Of a DNA stretch of 64,000 nucleotides, positions 23,801 to 36,597 are shown piece by piece (position 1 is the stretch's first letter; each line of letters opens with the position of its first letter). The position numbers and the translations under genes were made by a program. The DNA comes from Anthoceros angustus (taxonomy: Eukaryota > Plantae > Anthocerotophyta): contig MU008162.1 in the NCBI GenBank assembly GCA_010909165.1, positions 1,178,001 to 1,242,000 on the forward strand, read 5' to 3'. The notes below the pieces were generated by a model, which did not search any database, was not told the DNA's origin, and saw only the letters and a program-made list of their open reading frames with translations.

Positions 23801-26800
23801 TTCATTGGTTACACAGCTGGAAATCATGGGTATTAACTCTTTGATCCTACCTCTCGCAGAGTCATTCATGCTAGAACCGTTGTTTTTTATGAACATCCAA
23901 TTTTGAAGACTGTAGAATCAGTTGATTCTTCTGCCCTTGAATTTCCCGCCCTCAAACCTGTGTCACATGAGGAACCCGAGACAGAAAGTGATCTCGATGT
24001 TGCAGAATTTCCTACCTTTGATCCTTCTTTTGTCCCGACTGCTGTTCCCCATGTTGGTCCTGATCTTGTAGATATTGCTGATCCCCTCGATGGTGTTGTT
24101 GACCTTCCCCAGCCTGATTTTGTTGCTGGTCAGCCCGTTAGACTCCCTCTTGATTTACCTCCCGATCCTGATCCCGGTTTGCCTCAACGTTAGGAAGATT
24201 TTGCTATTGATGAGCCTGTCGAATATGTCATGCCTCCTCCTGAACCTTCAGCCCCTATTCGCCGATCTACCCGTACACATAGATCCCGGGATTAGTGGCT
24301 GGAGCAACCTTACCGACGTGAAGACTGGATTGGTCGGAGAGATCAGGCTCCTGTTCCTCGTCCTGTTGGCTCTGACGCTGGTGATTTGGTGACTGACACT
24401 GTCCACTTTACTGTCAATCCTGGTTACGAGCTACAATCTTATCAAGAGGCAATTACAGGACCTGACTCTAAGCAATGGACCCATCAACTCCGAGTATGAT
24501 TCCCTCAGTACTAATCATACCTGGGAGCTTTGCCGACCCCCTCAGGGGAGGAAGATTGTGAGTAGTAAGTGGGTCTTCAAGCTCAAATATCGGGCAGATG
24601 GGTCGATTGCTCGCTATAAGGCACGGCTCGTTGCTCGAGGCTTTTCTCAAGTTCCCGGCTTGGACTACCACGACACTTTCTCTCCCGTGGTCAAAGCTCA
24701 GTCCCTACGCGCGCTATTTGCTATGTCCTCCTTTTTCTCCCTCTTTGTCCATCAGATGGATGTGAAGACGGCGTTTCTTCATGGCCGATTGGAGGAAGAA
24801 ATCTACATGCAACAGACGGAAGGACATGAAATTTCTGGTAAGGAAGATTGGGTCTGTAAGCTGCTCAAGACAATATATGGTCTAAAACAGAGTCCAAGAG
24901 CATGGTATGCATGCATTGATGAGTTCTTACAGGACCTTAGTTTTGAGAAGTCGACGACCAATTCTAATATGTACTTGCTTCAGGATGTTGATGGATTTGT
25001 CATCTTGGCTCTTTACGTAGATAATTGCATTCTTTTGGGTACTGACCTGTCAAGAATAGAGAGGGTCAAAGGTCTACTGTCAGGGAGGTTCGAGATGGTA
25101 GATGTAGGTGAGCTGTCCTACTGCCTAAGTACTCAACTTTTACGAAATACAGAGAATGGGCAGTTAGTTATTCACCAAGAGAAGTATATCTTCGACATGT
25201 TGTTCAAGTATAAGTTGATGGATGCCAAACCTGCTGCCACCCCCATGGAGGCTGGCTGTAAGTTGCTGAAGGAACAGTCACCTCAAACAGATGCTGACAA
25301 GGAAGCTATGCTTAATGTGCCGTATGCTTAGGCTGTTGGGTCTTTGATCTTTTGTTCCAATCACACTTGGCCTGACATCTCTCTCCCAATGAGTATGACC
25401 TCTCAGTTTTTGAAGGATCCTGGACATGTTCATTGGTCAACAACTAAACGAATTCTGCGCTATTTGAAAGGAACCAGCAAGTATGGAATCCATTATGCAA
25501 AACAGACAAAGGGTGAGGAAGCACTTACGTTGGTGGGTTACTGTGACGCTAATTGGGCGTCTGACCCAGATACAAGGAAGTCAGATTCTACATATGTATT
25601 TCTACTTGCTGGAGGTGCTGTGACTTGGTCATCTAAGAAACAATCTACAGTGTCATTATCTTCTACTGAAGCTGAGTATGCTGCTCTTACACAAGCTGCA
25701 AAAGAAGGCATTTGGTTGAGGCGTTTACTTAAGGACATGGGTCAGGAGCACACTCAACCGACTTTAATCTATTGTGATAATCAGTCTGCACTTACTCTTG
25801 CTCAAAATCCAGTCTTCCATGCCAGAACTAAACATATAGAGGTTCATCACCATTTCATCCGTGATGCTGTGAGTTCAAGTGAGATCTGTCTTGAGTACGT
25901 TCCTACAGGCTCTAATGCAGCTGATCTGCTTACAAAAGCTCTATCTAAAGTGAAGCATAACCAGTTCAAGGAGAGCGAGGAGTTCTAGACTCCAGCGGCA
26001 TATGAGTTCATGCTAGTCTAGGAAGGACTGACTGTGGTGTGTTGCTAGCAGGGTACCTACGCTTATATGCTCAGATGGTGTTAGACTCTAAACTAGTGTC
26101 ATCAAAGAACAAGTATCTTCTGTCTCCTCTCTTCCTCCTTAGTATCTCGAGGTAGTTTGGATCGAAGTCGTGTTCAGGCTCTTCCTCGGTGTCTTCATCT
26201 TCTGTTGCATAGATTACTCCTGCCTCGTCATACAGTTTGTCTCTGGACACTGGTCGTCACACCACACCACGTTATTGTTCAGTTCTAGTTCAGGTTCTTC
26301 AGTTTGCTCAAACCACAACAACAGTGGGAGGTTTTGGAGTGCTGGAGAAACTTATTGTAAAATGACATAAAGTTTTCACTTGATCCGCCCCATCTGTACC
26401 AGTTCTCTCAGATCATGGTGATTCCCGTCTCGTCACAGATGTACACCTCTGGAGTTAGAGGATCATTCACCTTGTCACCATCAGTCACAATTCTCACAGT
26501 CTTGTTTGGGTGTACTCTAGGCAGAGTGAAAGGTCGGCCCCTGTAGTGTATAGGCAGGACCACCTTCTCTTCTCTCTGCTAAGGAACAACAACACTACTT
26601 AGAGGACCACAAGATGAGATGAAATTATGGCTGACAGGAGGACCAACTCTAGGTGCTTGATTAGCAATAGGAATGGCAAGGCCGTTGTGCTTCCTGAGCT
26701 CTTCAATTTCCCTTCTTAGCTCAGCCTCTTGCTGCTCCAGTTGTAAGACCCGATTCTCCCGGTACTTGTTCATGCGGCAAGTCTCCCTTCTGGTATGGTG

Positions 26801-27542
26801 CATCCACTCGGGCGTTCTTCCGTGCCTTGGACAGTATGGCGGGCGCTCGGGGTAGATGCAAGCCGGCCGTTTGTCTTCCAGAATTGGGTATGCTGGCGGA
26901 TTTGCAGGCGCGGGGTATGCTCCAGGTGTGTTGGCGACAGTGGGAGCAGCGGCCACAACTCTTACTTGACTCTGCCTCGTGGGAGTGTGCCTCTCTGCCA
27001 CTCACTGCGGCTGACAGTTGAAAGCGACTCCCTTTTCGTCACTTGTTTTTGAGTTGGAGACTTGGATGGGTGCGCTCGAAGTTCCGGTTGGGCTCCTTGA
27101 TGCCATCTTGCGCTCTCACTGACTCCGAAGCTTGCTTTGGCGCTAGGAGCTGATGGATTTGAAGGTGGAGTCTTGAATTCTGCACGCGCAAAGGACGATG
27201 GAGGGTAACTCATGTTTTTGAGGTGTATGCGAGTGATGATGTGCTGTACGCAAGGGTTTAGCTTGGGGTTTTGTTTAACCCTGTTCGTTAGATAAACTTT
27301 ATGAAACTCTACTCAACTTAGGTGGTTAGCAATGAGTGAGAGTGTTAGAGAACTAAGGTTTACTTAGTTACCATTGCTACCACTTAGGGTTAGTGATTTA
27401 TAGTAGTTATAACCGTTTTCTAGTCAGGTGATATATACACTACTTTGTATTATAGTTCTAAGTTCTATTACACTCTTCTTATCATGTAGATCGTCTATAC
27501 TAGTATTGTTGTGCATGATTAACAATCTTTAGAAACGCCACA
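20873..27542 (+). mobile_element. Full-length Ty1/copia LTR retrotransposon (element C), 6670 bp; gag-pol about 21621-25988 with stops and frameshifts
   Basis: 200-bp LTRs (20873-21072 and 27343-27542; TG...CA; 6 mismatches counted by eye). Perfect 5-bp TSD GTTAT. tRNA-Met PBS TGGTATCAGAGC at 21073. Domains: zinc knuckle CNYCNKPGH, GAG-pre-integrase WHCRLGH, integrase LIHTDIC/LRSDN, RT YKARLVARGF/MDVKTAFL, RNase H YCDANW/STEAEY. Confidence 0.96.
26370..27213 (-). pseudogene. Antisense accessory ORF between pol and the 3' LTR of element C (Pro-rich, CxxH..H..C motif, coiled coil); one frameshift near 27000 and one internal TAG at 26579
   Basis: ORFs 26962-27213 and 26579-27001. The frame continues past the TAG as QREEKVVLPIHYRGRPFTLPRVHPNKTVRIVTDGDKVNDP. 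Confidence 0.55.
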
Positions 27543-27703
27543 GTTATGATTGGGCATGATGGCCTCACATATTGTCTAACATACAATAACAATCACAATT
27601 TCCCTCAACAATTTGTATTCAGCCAAAACTCCAACAATGCTTGTGTTTGTTCGGTGCCCACTCGTTGAAGTTGCTCCTCCATGGCATTCTCCAAATAAAA
27701 TGG

Positions 27704-28900
27704 CTAATAGTGCATGGGATAAGGGTTTGGATTTTCCACCACATTTGCCACATCAGGCTCCTTGTGCATGATGCAAAAATTATGTAACACTGTGCAAGCT
27801 ACTACAGTTTTCCCCACATAAGGAAGAGCCACATTTATGTCCTTCAAAATACGCCACCTGTTCTTCAAATTCCCAAATGCATTTTCAATTTTCACCCTTC
27901 CTTTGCGCAAACTCCTATTGAACCTTCGTTTGTCTGGTGCGCATGGTATATCATATGCCTTCATGAGGAAAGGCATGATTGGATAAGCACTATCACCAAC
28001 AATAAAAGGCCGAACATTAGTGTTGCCAACTAATATCGCTGGCTCCGTCAAGATGTCATGTCGATGTAATCTTGCCCACACACTACTCTTCCAACACAGT
28101 CATGGACACCTCACGGAGCAATGCAACTTACATCCAAAAGATTTGATTATAGTCACAGACTCCTTGAAGAATGACGCTATGCATATCATGACGTGACCAA
28201 TATCTGCTGGAGTATACTTGTTAGCGGCTTAGTAGCCAATTTGATGTGCGAACCATCAATTGCACCCACCATATTTGGAACTCCTGGTGCAAAAAACTTA
28301 TCTACACATGCTAGTTGTCGTTGGCCACTTGGCATGTTGATGAACTTTGAAGCCAACTTCCTTGGATTACTAAGGATGCTAGTAATCAACTTGGTATACT
28401 CACATGGATGGTCCAACTCCATAGGTGTTAGCGACAACTTTAGGAGATGCTCCATAAGCTAACCTATGCAAGACCATGGCAACTCCAAGCTCAAGTTACA
28501 GAGGTGGCCTGCTAGACTTCTTCTGGATGTAAGGACGTAATTCGTCCACCAAAAGCTTGAAAGTTAAGTAGGCCATCCTGTACTCCTTCCTCCATTGTGC
28601 ATCCAACTGTTCTTGCCCCATAAGGTGCCAAGCAAGTAAAGGACTCCAAGTTGTATTTTGGCACAGAAACTTCCACCAAAATCTTGAAGTTTCCACCAAA
28701 ATCTCGTTGAAGACTGTTGCTCAATATCCCAATGAAAGAAGTACGCTCCAACCAATGAAAGTATTAAAGGAATAACAAAACATCCATTATTATTCATCAC
28801 ACCATCATCTAACTGTGAGCTAAAAACCATAGGTAGATCCGTGCATTCTACATAAGATTTCATGAAAAAACCAAATAAAATATTAAATAACATGGGATCC
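27704..28900 (-). pseudogene. Harbinger (HARBI1-like, DDE_Tnp_4) transposase with frameshifts and stops
   Basis: WRKEYRMAYLTFKLLVDELRP, PNMVGAIDGSHI, FIVGDSAYP and RVKIENAFGNLKNRWRIL...VACTVLHNFCI. Confidence 0.92.
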
Positions 28901-29148
28901 ATGACCCCAAGCAAACAAAGGACAAGAAACGCAAGGCCAGGTCTAGACACAAGGCCAAGGGAGCGGAATCGACAACACAACAAGCCACACAACAGAAAAT
29001 GAAGTTGAAAATGAGAAGACGAGCCTCCTGTATCCTCACGATGCTATTTTTGTAATATAATATTAGTACCATAACATCACGGGTCATGGGACCACAGCTC
29101 GGCCCTGCGTGACACGGCCCGGTCCTGCGCCTTGCTGCGCAGTATCGA

Positions 29149-29233
29149 CCTTATCGTTTGGTTAAAGAAACCGAAAAAGAAGGGGATCGGACCTTATCGT
29201 TTGGTTAAAAAAACCGAAAAAGACGGGGTTCGC
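29149..29233. repeat. Subterminal tandem repeat of about 43 bp (x2) of the Harbinger element
   Basis: ACCTTATCGTTTGGTTAAA(G/A)AAACCGAAAAAGA occurs twice. Confidence 0.85.
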
Positions 29234-30202
29234 CCGATCTTTACGGCGAGTCTACGCAGCATGCCCGGTTCCGATGTGAACAGGCCATCACTCTGGGCTA
29301 GGAAAGCAAGCTCTTGGCCTCCTCGTGCTGAAATAGCTATGAGTCCCTATTAAAATACTATTTTAATATGTGCCTAAGGCATTTCCTCGCACGCCTAAAT
29401 TAATTGTCAATTGCCGTTGAGTCATAATACTATTGCGACACCATTTTACAGTGCCCGACAATTGCCATTGAGTCCCCGTTACAATACCATTTTATAGTGT
29501 GCGCGAGGCATCTCCTCATACGCATTAATCAATTGTGAACCCCTCGCCAATGCGAAAGCGCACAGGTCCCAATACACAGCCTGGATACCCGCTACAGTCG
29601 CACGGTCCCAGCACTATGTGCGAAACGCTGGAGGAAGCGCAGAGAATCCCTGACATAGCAGTACATATCTACAAATCCAATGTCAATTACTTAGCGGGTG
29701 TAAAGAATACCTTCCAAGTCCGCATTCGACAGTTTTATTTCTGAACTCCATACAATACCAGCAAGGATAATTTAATTGGTCATCGTCAGTTCCACGACGC
29801 TAAGGGGATAGTCATGGCTTCTCTTCCGGGCCAAGGGACGCAGCTCATCTTCCCGGACAAGGAAGCCGAGGGACGCTTAAGAAATGGCCACTGAAAAGAG
29901 GAACATTAGGAAGGCTGTATAGGGTGGTACAGACTGGTAGCTCTGGCCGCTGCCCCGCTGCTTGATCCATGGATGGGAGTGTCCTGGCTGGCATGGCAAG
30001 GGAGACAAAAATGTGGCTCGTCTGCAGGGTTTCCAGAGTACGAGTTCGGGAACAGGAGATGAGAAAGGGAAGAATGGTCAGTGTAATGGTACAAGGTGCA
30101 GCTGGAACAAGGAGGCAAGGATCCTGAGCCGGCATCTCGAGCAGGGACCGCGCTGGGAATCAACAGAATGTTGACAGTGGAAGCTGGCTGGCTGGCTGAC
30201 CT

Positions 30203-33200
30203 TCAGTCGAAGCTGGACGACCGGCTGTAGCGGCCATTCATGTACTCCTCCAGGCTCTTGTTGGTAGGTGCAAGGTCCTCGCTTACAGCATCATCGTTGT
30301 CATCCACGCCAAGCATAGCCAATGCCATATGAATTTTCATATCAGGTTTTCCGTGATCGAGCTTTGAGAATTCGTCGTCCATTTCAGGGGAAGGCTTGCG
30401 GTTTTCCCGGTTTAGCCAAACCGTCAAATCCTCGGTGTCGCCAGACAGAATTCTCAAAATCTGCAGAGGGGAAGTTCAACGTTAGAGATGGGCAGACATC
30501 TTAACTTGCAGAAGACAGGATTCTTGTCCATGTTGCACACTTACCCGGCTTATCTTTGGTCGATACGGGGCAGACTGGCGGACACATAGGCTTGCAGCGA
30601 AGACCATCAGTGACAGTTGTTTGGTATCATATCTGCCTTCTAGCTGAGGGTCAACCAACTTGTCCAGAGCAACGTCATCGAGTAAAGGCTGGGCCTGTTT
30701 CACAGCGGTTATGGGTTATGTTAGACTGTAGTGGCTGACAACAATATTCTGAGTAATTTTCTTCAAATCCAGGCTGCAAAATTGGGAAGGACGATATCTA
30801 TGATGCTGATGATCGGAGGGAGCATTCAGTGTAAGACCCCCAAGTATTATGCCCAGCTGAAAAATCTACCACAACTTCTTGCATGAACACTGAGCCACAA
30901 GTTTGCAAGACAAAGGAAAGAGAACTCACCCAGCTGACAATATTTTCCCGGCCTTTAGGCCTTGAAGAATCGATCGGTGGCTGGCCCGTTATTAGCTCCA
31001 AAAGCACAACGCCGAATGAGTATACGTCTGTTTTATCATCAACTCGCCCATACAGAAAATATTCAGGAGCGAGGTACCTGTCACAAAAATCTCATGAGTT
31101 TCCGGACAGCAGAAATATCCTTCCAAAAGACGACAAAAGTTTCCAAAAGACGACAAAAGTTTCCCAAAGACTGTTTACAGTCTAGGTGACGAGGGACACG
31201 CACCCGAACGTGCCAACAACGTCACCGCAGTCAATGTAAGTGGCGTCCTCTGGTGCCCACTTGGCAAGGCCAAAATCTGAAACCTGACCATCAGAAAATC
31301 AGAGTCAGTAGATATAAATCACTGCACTGATCTTCACAGATCCAAAACCCCAGACGATGTACTAACCAGTGGCTCAAAGTCTGCAGATAAGAGAATATTT
31401 GAGGCCTTGATATCTCTGTGAAACACACGCCTTGGACAACCCTCATGTAGATAGTTGAGGCCTTCAGCAACCCCAACTGCAACTTGCTGCCGAATGTTCC
31501 ACTCTAATACTCCTCTACCTTTGCTTCCTGCAAAACAGAGCTCCGTCAAACAACAGAACTGGGCTGAACAAGGAAAACGAGACCTTCACAGACGGACAGC
31601 AATTGCGTTGGGAAGTCCAGTTTGGCTCTTGAAGTCTAACCGTGTAGATTCTCTTCCAGATTTCCACCAGCCAGAAAGTTGTAAACCAGACAGAGATTCT
31701 CGCCATCGACACAGTATCCAAGAAGAGAAACTATCCGTGGATGATTCAATGAGGTGATTATCTCGACTTCAGTGAGAAGCTCTTTCAGAGCATCTGCTCT
31801 TTCCTGGAGGAAGCTCTTCACAGCTACTGTTGAACCATCCGAGAGCTGACCCTTAAATACCCGACTACACCCTCCCTTCCCAACCACGTTGCCTGAAAGC
31901 CATACAAAGAAACCACGGTGAGCAAATATCAACCTCCTGCTTGCTTGCTGCCTTCCACTCAGACTCCCTTAGGAGCACTCTCAATCACAGCAGCCCACAT
32001 CTCAAAAGGCATATCGTCACAAGTCATACTCTCTGAGAATTTTCCTGTCGCGAGCTCCAACTCTGCATAAGTAAACGGCCTGCATCTCTTGTTCTTGCAC
32101 AGGTTTTCCAAAGTCTGAGTAAATGCGGACATCGAAGATAACTTCTGTCTCCTGACATGCACCGGCTCCTCAGAGAGTAGAGTCCCCGAATCACCCAAAG
32201 ATCGGAAGCCCTTCACGGATCTCAAGTCAGCTAAAGAACGGGTGGGAGCTGGAAAGGAGGACACGCTATGCCGTGCAGGTTCAATTTTCTCACATCCCGC
32301 TTGAAGTTGCAAACACTTGGGAGACTGCAGCACCATCCTCGACCGGGAAGGGAGGTTCAGAGCCCACCTAACCACTGACAAGCTCCTTGCTGCTTCTTGG
32401 GGTGTAGCCAAAGTCCGAGAAGATATATCGCGATGGCGCAGAGGCCACCCAATCTGGAAGTCGTCCCTTTCCCCTGACTCCCCTTCAGCAGCATCCCCTT
32501 GCCCCGACTCCTCTTGGACAGCAGCATCACTTGGACACAGTGCTCGATCCCGAGAAGGTGAGAAGCAAAACCTGAGTGGATCTGTTGAGTTGCCAGACCT
32601 GCACGGAGCCCATACTTGGTCGGCTTCCTGAGCATTTCCTTCTGCATCCTCTAACTGCTCCTCAAACTCGATAGCCTCCAGCGAATGCCTGCCGGTGCTG
32701 GCTCCAGAATCACCTGCCTTGCTGGTGGTGATGTCTTGAGCAGGAAAAGCACGGGAGTAGAATGCGGCATCAACCCTCTTCCTCGACAGTGACAACCTGA
32801 ATGTCTCAAACGGCGCTTCCCTAGGTGATCGAAGGACACTGACAGGCGAGTGGGGGCCGTCAGAGCCCTTCAAAGAACCTGAAAATGAATCACTTCGACA
32901 ACCACCAGAAGCAGAGGAGAAGGAGTTGACTGATTCCGCCCGAGGGCTCTCAGGCTCAGGAAAAGAGTCTGAAACCCGGTCTTTCCTCAACTCAGCCCCG
33001 AACACCGTCCTAGATTTCTCCGTACTGGCCGAAAGGGAAAAACCAGTTCTGCTGCTCACTCGTTTGAAACTCCTCTGCAACGCATTCATCACACCGGGTC
33101 TGCTACTAGAATTGCCACCGCCTGCATAAGACCAAGCACAAAGACAGCACCAAGCGTCCCGTCAGCCAATGCTGTCTTCCCCATCCTCCGCAGCATGGGC

Positions 33201-33990
33201 AGCACCCAACCCATCTTTCCTTTCCCTCGCATTACCTGAAGCACTGGGTAGCTTGCCCTGTCTCTCAAAAATGACTCTCCCTTCTCCACCACGACCACAG
33301 ACCACGTAGAAGGCAGACGGTTCAGGCAGTACTTCGCAAGCGAATCCTGCCTGGAGCATCACACAACCATAAGGAAATCAGCGTCACCAACACAAACCAA
33401 GCCGCCGCAATGCCAAATCCAAATCCAAACCCAAAGCCAACGCCGCCAATTCTTACCCAATCCCGGCATGCCTGCTGGCGCCCAACACCAAAATGGAACC
33501 ATCGTGCGACCTGACTTCTTCAATCAACACCCTCCTAACCTTGGTCCCGTTCACAATCCTGACCTGCAAATCAACCTGCGCGCAACAGAACCTCCGTCAT
33601 TCAGCGCTGCGAAAGGCCAACTCCGTCTCCTCGCCCACCCAGCCGCAAAACAAACAACCCAGCAAGCAACCAACAACAACCCACCTGCCGCATGCTACAG
33701 AGCCCCTCATACACCGAGAGCACACTACAAAATGTGCTGGCGAGCTGAAATTTGTGCACCTCCACGTCCGACTTGCTCATGCGCGAGGACGGGGAGAGCG
33801 CAACATGCACCGCCCGAACTCTGTCCCCCGGCATCGCCAGCTTGGCGAGCGCCCACGTGAGCAGCTCTCGGCATTCCGGGCTGAGCTTCATGCCCACCAA
33901 AATCAACCGCCCGTTCTTCTTCCCCGCCACCTCACCCCGCCCACCGGCACTCCCCCTGTCCACCTCGGCGCCCGCCATCTCCAAACCCAT
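30203..33990 (-). CDS. Receptor-like cytoplasmic Ser/Thr kinase with an N-terminal USP (adenine nucleotide alpha hydrolase-like) domain, RLCK-VI type; exons 33990-33685, 33575-33457, 33350-33236, 33121-32030, 31892-31641, 31527-31367, 31283-31204, 31077-30930, 30694-30545, 30460-30203
   Basis: USP domain [19 protein letters not shown]...GDRVRAVHV. Kinase motifs [44 protein letters not shown] and [12 protein letters not shown]. All introns are GT-AG. Exon 3 needs one extra base at the run 33280-33282 to keep the frame. Confidence 0.9.
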
Positions 33991-36552
33991 CGCCCACAGA
34001 TCCTCCTCCTCCTCCCCCCTCACCTCCTCCTACCCACCTACCTTCCCTTCCGCCTCTCCCAGCCCAAGACAAACCCACCAAGCGCCGCACACCAGCATTC
34101 CACCATGATCCTCTTCCTCTCCACCCCCCACCTCCCAACTACAACCTGCGATCCGCCTCCTCCGCACCCCTGCCGATGAGAAAACGCCAGCCCCGGCCCC
34201 CGCAATTGGGCAGCAGGATGTGCGCGTGCCAGGAGCACTAACACTGCACCAAAGCCCGCAGGGTCCCACTTCCCTGCCACAATTCCGTCACCACAGTCCT
34301 CCTCGCGAGCTTTGCCGGGGGAAGGCTGCTGCAACCTGCTCCTGCCCCTGCACTCTCCCTCTTTCCACTGCTCCTACTGCTCAGAGCCTGCCACAGTTCC
34401 CCACCCACCAGCTCCTGGAGCAGTCCAGCAGGCAAGAGAGGAGAAAGCTTTTCTGAGATGGGAGAGCGCAAAGCTGCTGGCTCTGCCTGCCTGTGGGACC
34501 TGCCGGTTCCAGGATCTATCCCGGCGAGGCGGAGGCAGGAGGGAAAGCCCTGTCCCCCTTGCCCAGCAGCTTGCTGCGTTTCACGGCAACTAGCACCTAG
34601 GAGAGAGACGTGCAGGGCGGGCAAACAGGACAAACAGGCCCGTAACAGGACACATTAGCGTTCAAACAAAGATCTCACCCGGACATAATGCCAACCCGGC
34701 AGCAGCCCGTATGTGGATTCTTGGCCTCATTTCCCGCTCAACGGCCTTCTTCCAATTCCGGCCCAGCTAATTCAATCTCTTCCATAAATGCACCGCCCAC
34801 AGCTAGGCATTACGCAACGTCAATCCTGTTACCCGAGACGACACTTCTCAACAACCAAGGAACAAGCCCACACATACATACAATACATATAGACCTAGTG
34901 AAAGGATATGTACCAGCATAAAATACTGTATTCCAGCTCTCCCCCTCTCTCTCAGCTCGGCGCACACATAAAACTATGGGGACACATCCATGTGGTGTGT
35001 CCCGATTCGGATACGCCTTGTCCCGTATTCTTGGAGTTTAAGTACACCCAGAAGCCGTATGGACAACAGGTATGGCGTAATCAGAGCAGACATGAGCACG
35101 TCCAACTGTGAGTGGGCCGACCTCGTTGTAAGAACATGCGGGGCCCGGAGATGTTAGAATACCATTTGGAGGCTCGTGGGACCGCATAAAGCAGCGTCAC
35201 GCTTTTCCAGACGCATTCATTGCGGCCTCAGAGCCCATATGCTGCTCGTGGCAAGCGCCTTTTGTGAGTCGACTCCAAAGCACAACACGATACGAGTGTG
35301 GAGATGAAAATGCTATGTCACCACTGGAAGCTTCCAAACCCACTGCGCACCGGAATTGCTCTGCCCTAGACTAGGCCTCTCGGTCGGGTTCAGCGCACTC
35401 CACTCCCCGAGGTGGGTCTCCCTAAACCATCAAGCCCCACCTGCCATGAACAAGCCCAACACCTAACAACAACCGGGATGGGATCTGCTTTCAATGTGTC
35501 AAATCACCACAGCCCAACAACGAGTTCTTATATAACAAACTTGGAAAACGTTCAAGCGAACAAATCTGACAACATACATGGTAGGCAGAGATACTAATGG
35601 TATGTGCCATCTGACAGGAATGAAGTCGTCCATCCGAGTAGACTCGAACGAGAACGACTCTAGTCCTGCCGATGTCTTGGGTGTTCCAAGGAACCCAACA
35701 AGGCAGTCGGGGGAAATACTAAAAGTAGTCTAGTCCATGTGCTATTCGATTGGAATGAAATTTGCCCATTCGAGTAGCCTTTGAATGAGATGTCTTCCTG
35801 AAGGCTCGCATACCCACATAGTTCGGTGGACCCAAATGAGATTCTATTGTTTGTACGTGTGTGTTTAACTGGGTGTCAAGGGCTGAACCGTTCAGTTCAA
35901 ACAAAGCCCAACAAAGCGATGGTCGAAAATATTAGTGATATGGGCGTTGAAATCCCAAAATTCTTCTTCTGTCTGGGCTTCGTAACTGGGCTGTCAAGTT
36001 CTGAACCGTTTTCGGCGATTGGATGGCACGAGAGTACCTGCCAGCTCTTGGAGGAGCAAGGCGAAGCAGCAGCAACGGGACGGCGCGTCGGTTGACGACC
36101 CCATAACCGCTCCCCGTTCCTGTCCCGGCGACAGGACTGCAGTGAATGCCATAAAGCGACGTTTACGGCATGTGGGGACGACAGGCATGGCAGACCTCAC
36201 GGCGTCAGTTTGTGGCAGTTATTTCGGTTGGCGACACGCTGACGGCGGGGGCAGACGGAGGAACGACGTGGGCCACTGAGCCACCGGGGGGGCCGGGGGC
36301 GCATCTTCCAAATTTAAGGAGCTTGCTATTTTCGAAGTTAAAAAAATGCTTCGCGCTCTCGGGTATTCGATGCGGAAATTATCCGCTCCGCGACAAGAAA
36401 CGCCGTGGAGAGCACGCCTACGTGGCCCTACGCCACGTCCGTGGGGCGCCGGGTGACGTGGGCTGATCAGGATGCGATTCCAGCAGATATTTCGGCGATA
36501 GGGCTGACATGGCGCCCACGTGGGTCGATTGCCACTTGGCTTGCGTGAATTA

Positions 36553-36597
36553 GGGTCGCCGGAATGACGGAATTGGTCGCCGGAATGACGGCATTGG
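36553..36597. repeat. 21-bp tandem repeat x2
   Basis: GGTCGCCGGAATGACGG(A/C)ATT occurs twice. Confidence 0.8.

Larger units (their letters stand above)
19788..29286. mobile_element. PIF/Harbinger DNA transposon with convergent Myb/trihelix (+) and DDE nuclease (-) genes, interrupted by a full-length copia element
   Basis: The two-gene convergent layout is typical of Harbinger. The candidate TIRs are AGCTTGTTCACAT (19788) and ATGTGAACAGGCC (ends 29286). No clean TSD, so the left boundary is uncertain. Confidence 0.65.

Noticed and set aside
34030-34660. Multiple overlapping ORFs upstream of the RLCK as conserved uORFs
   Set aside because: GC-rich 5' region with ORFs in all frames and no recognisable conserved peptide.
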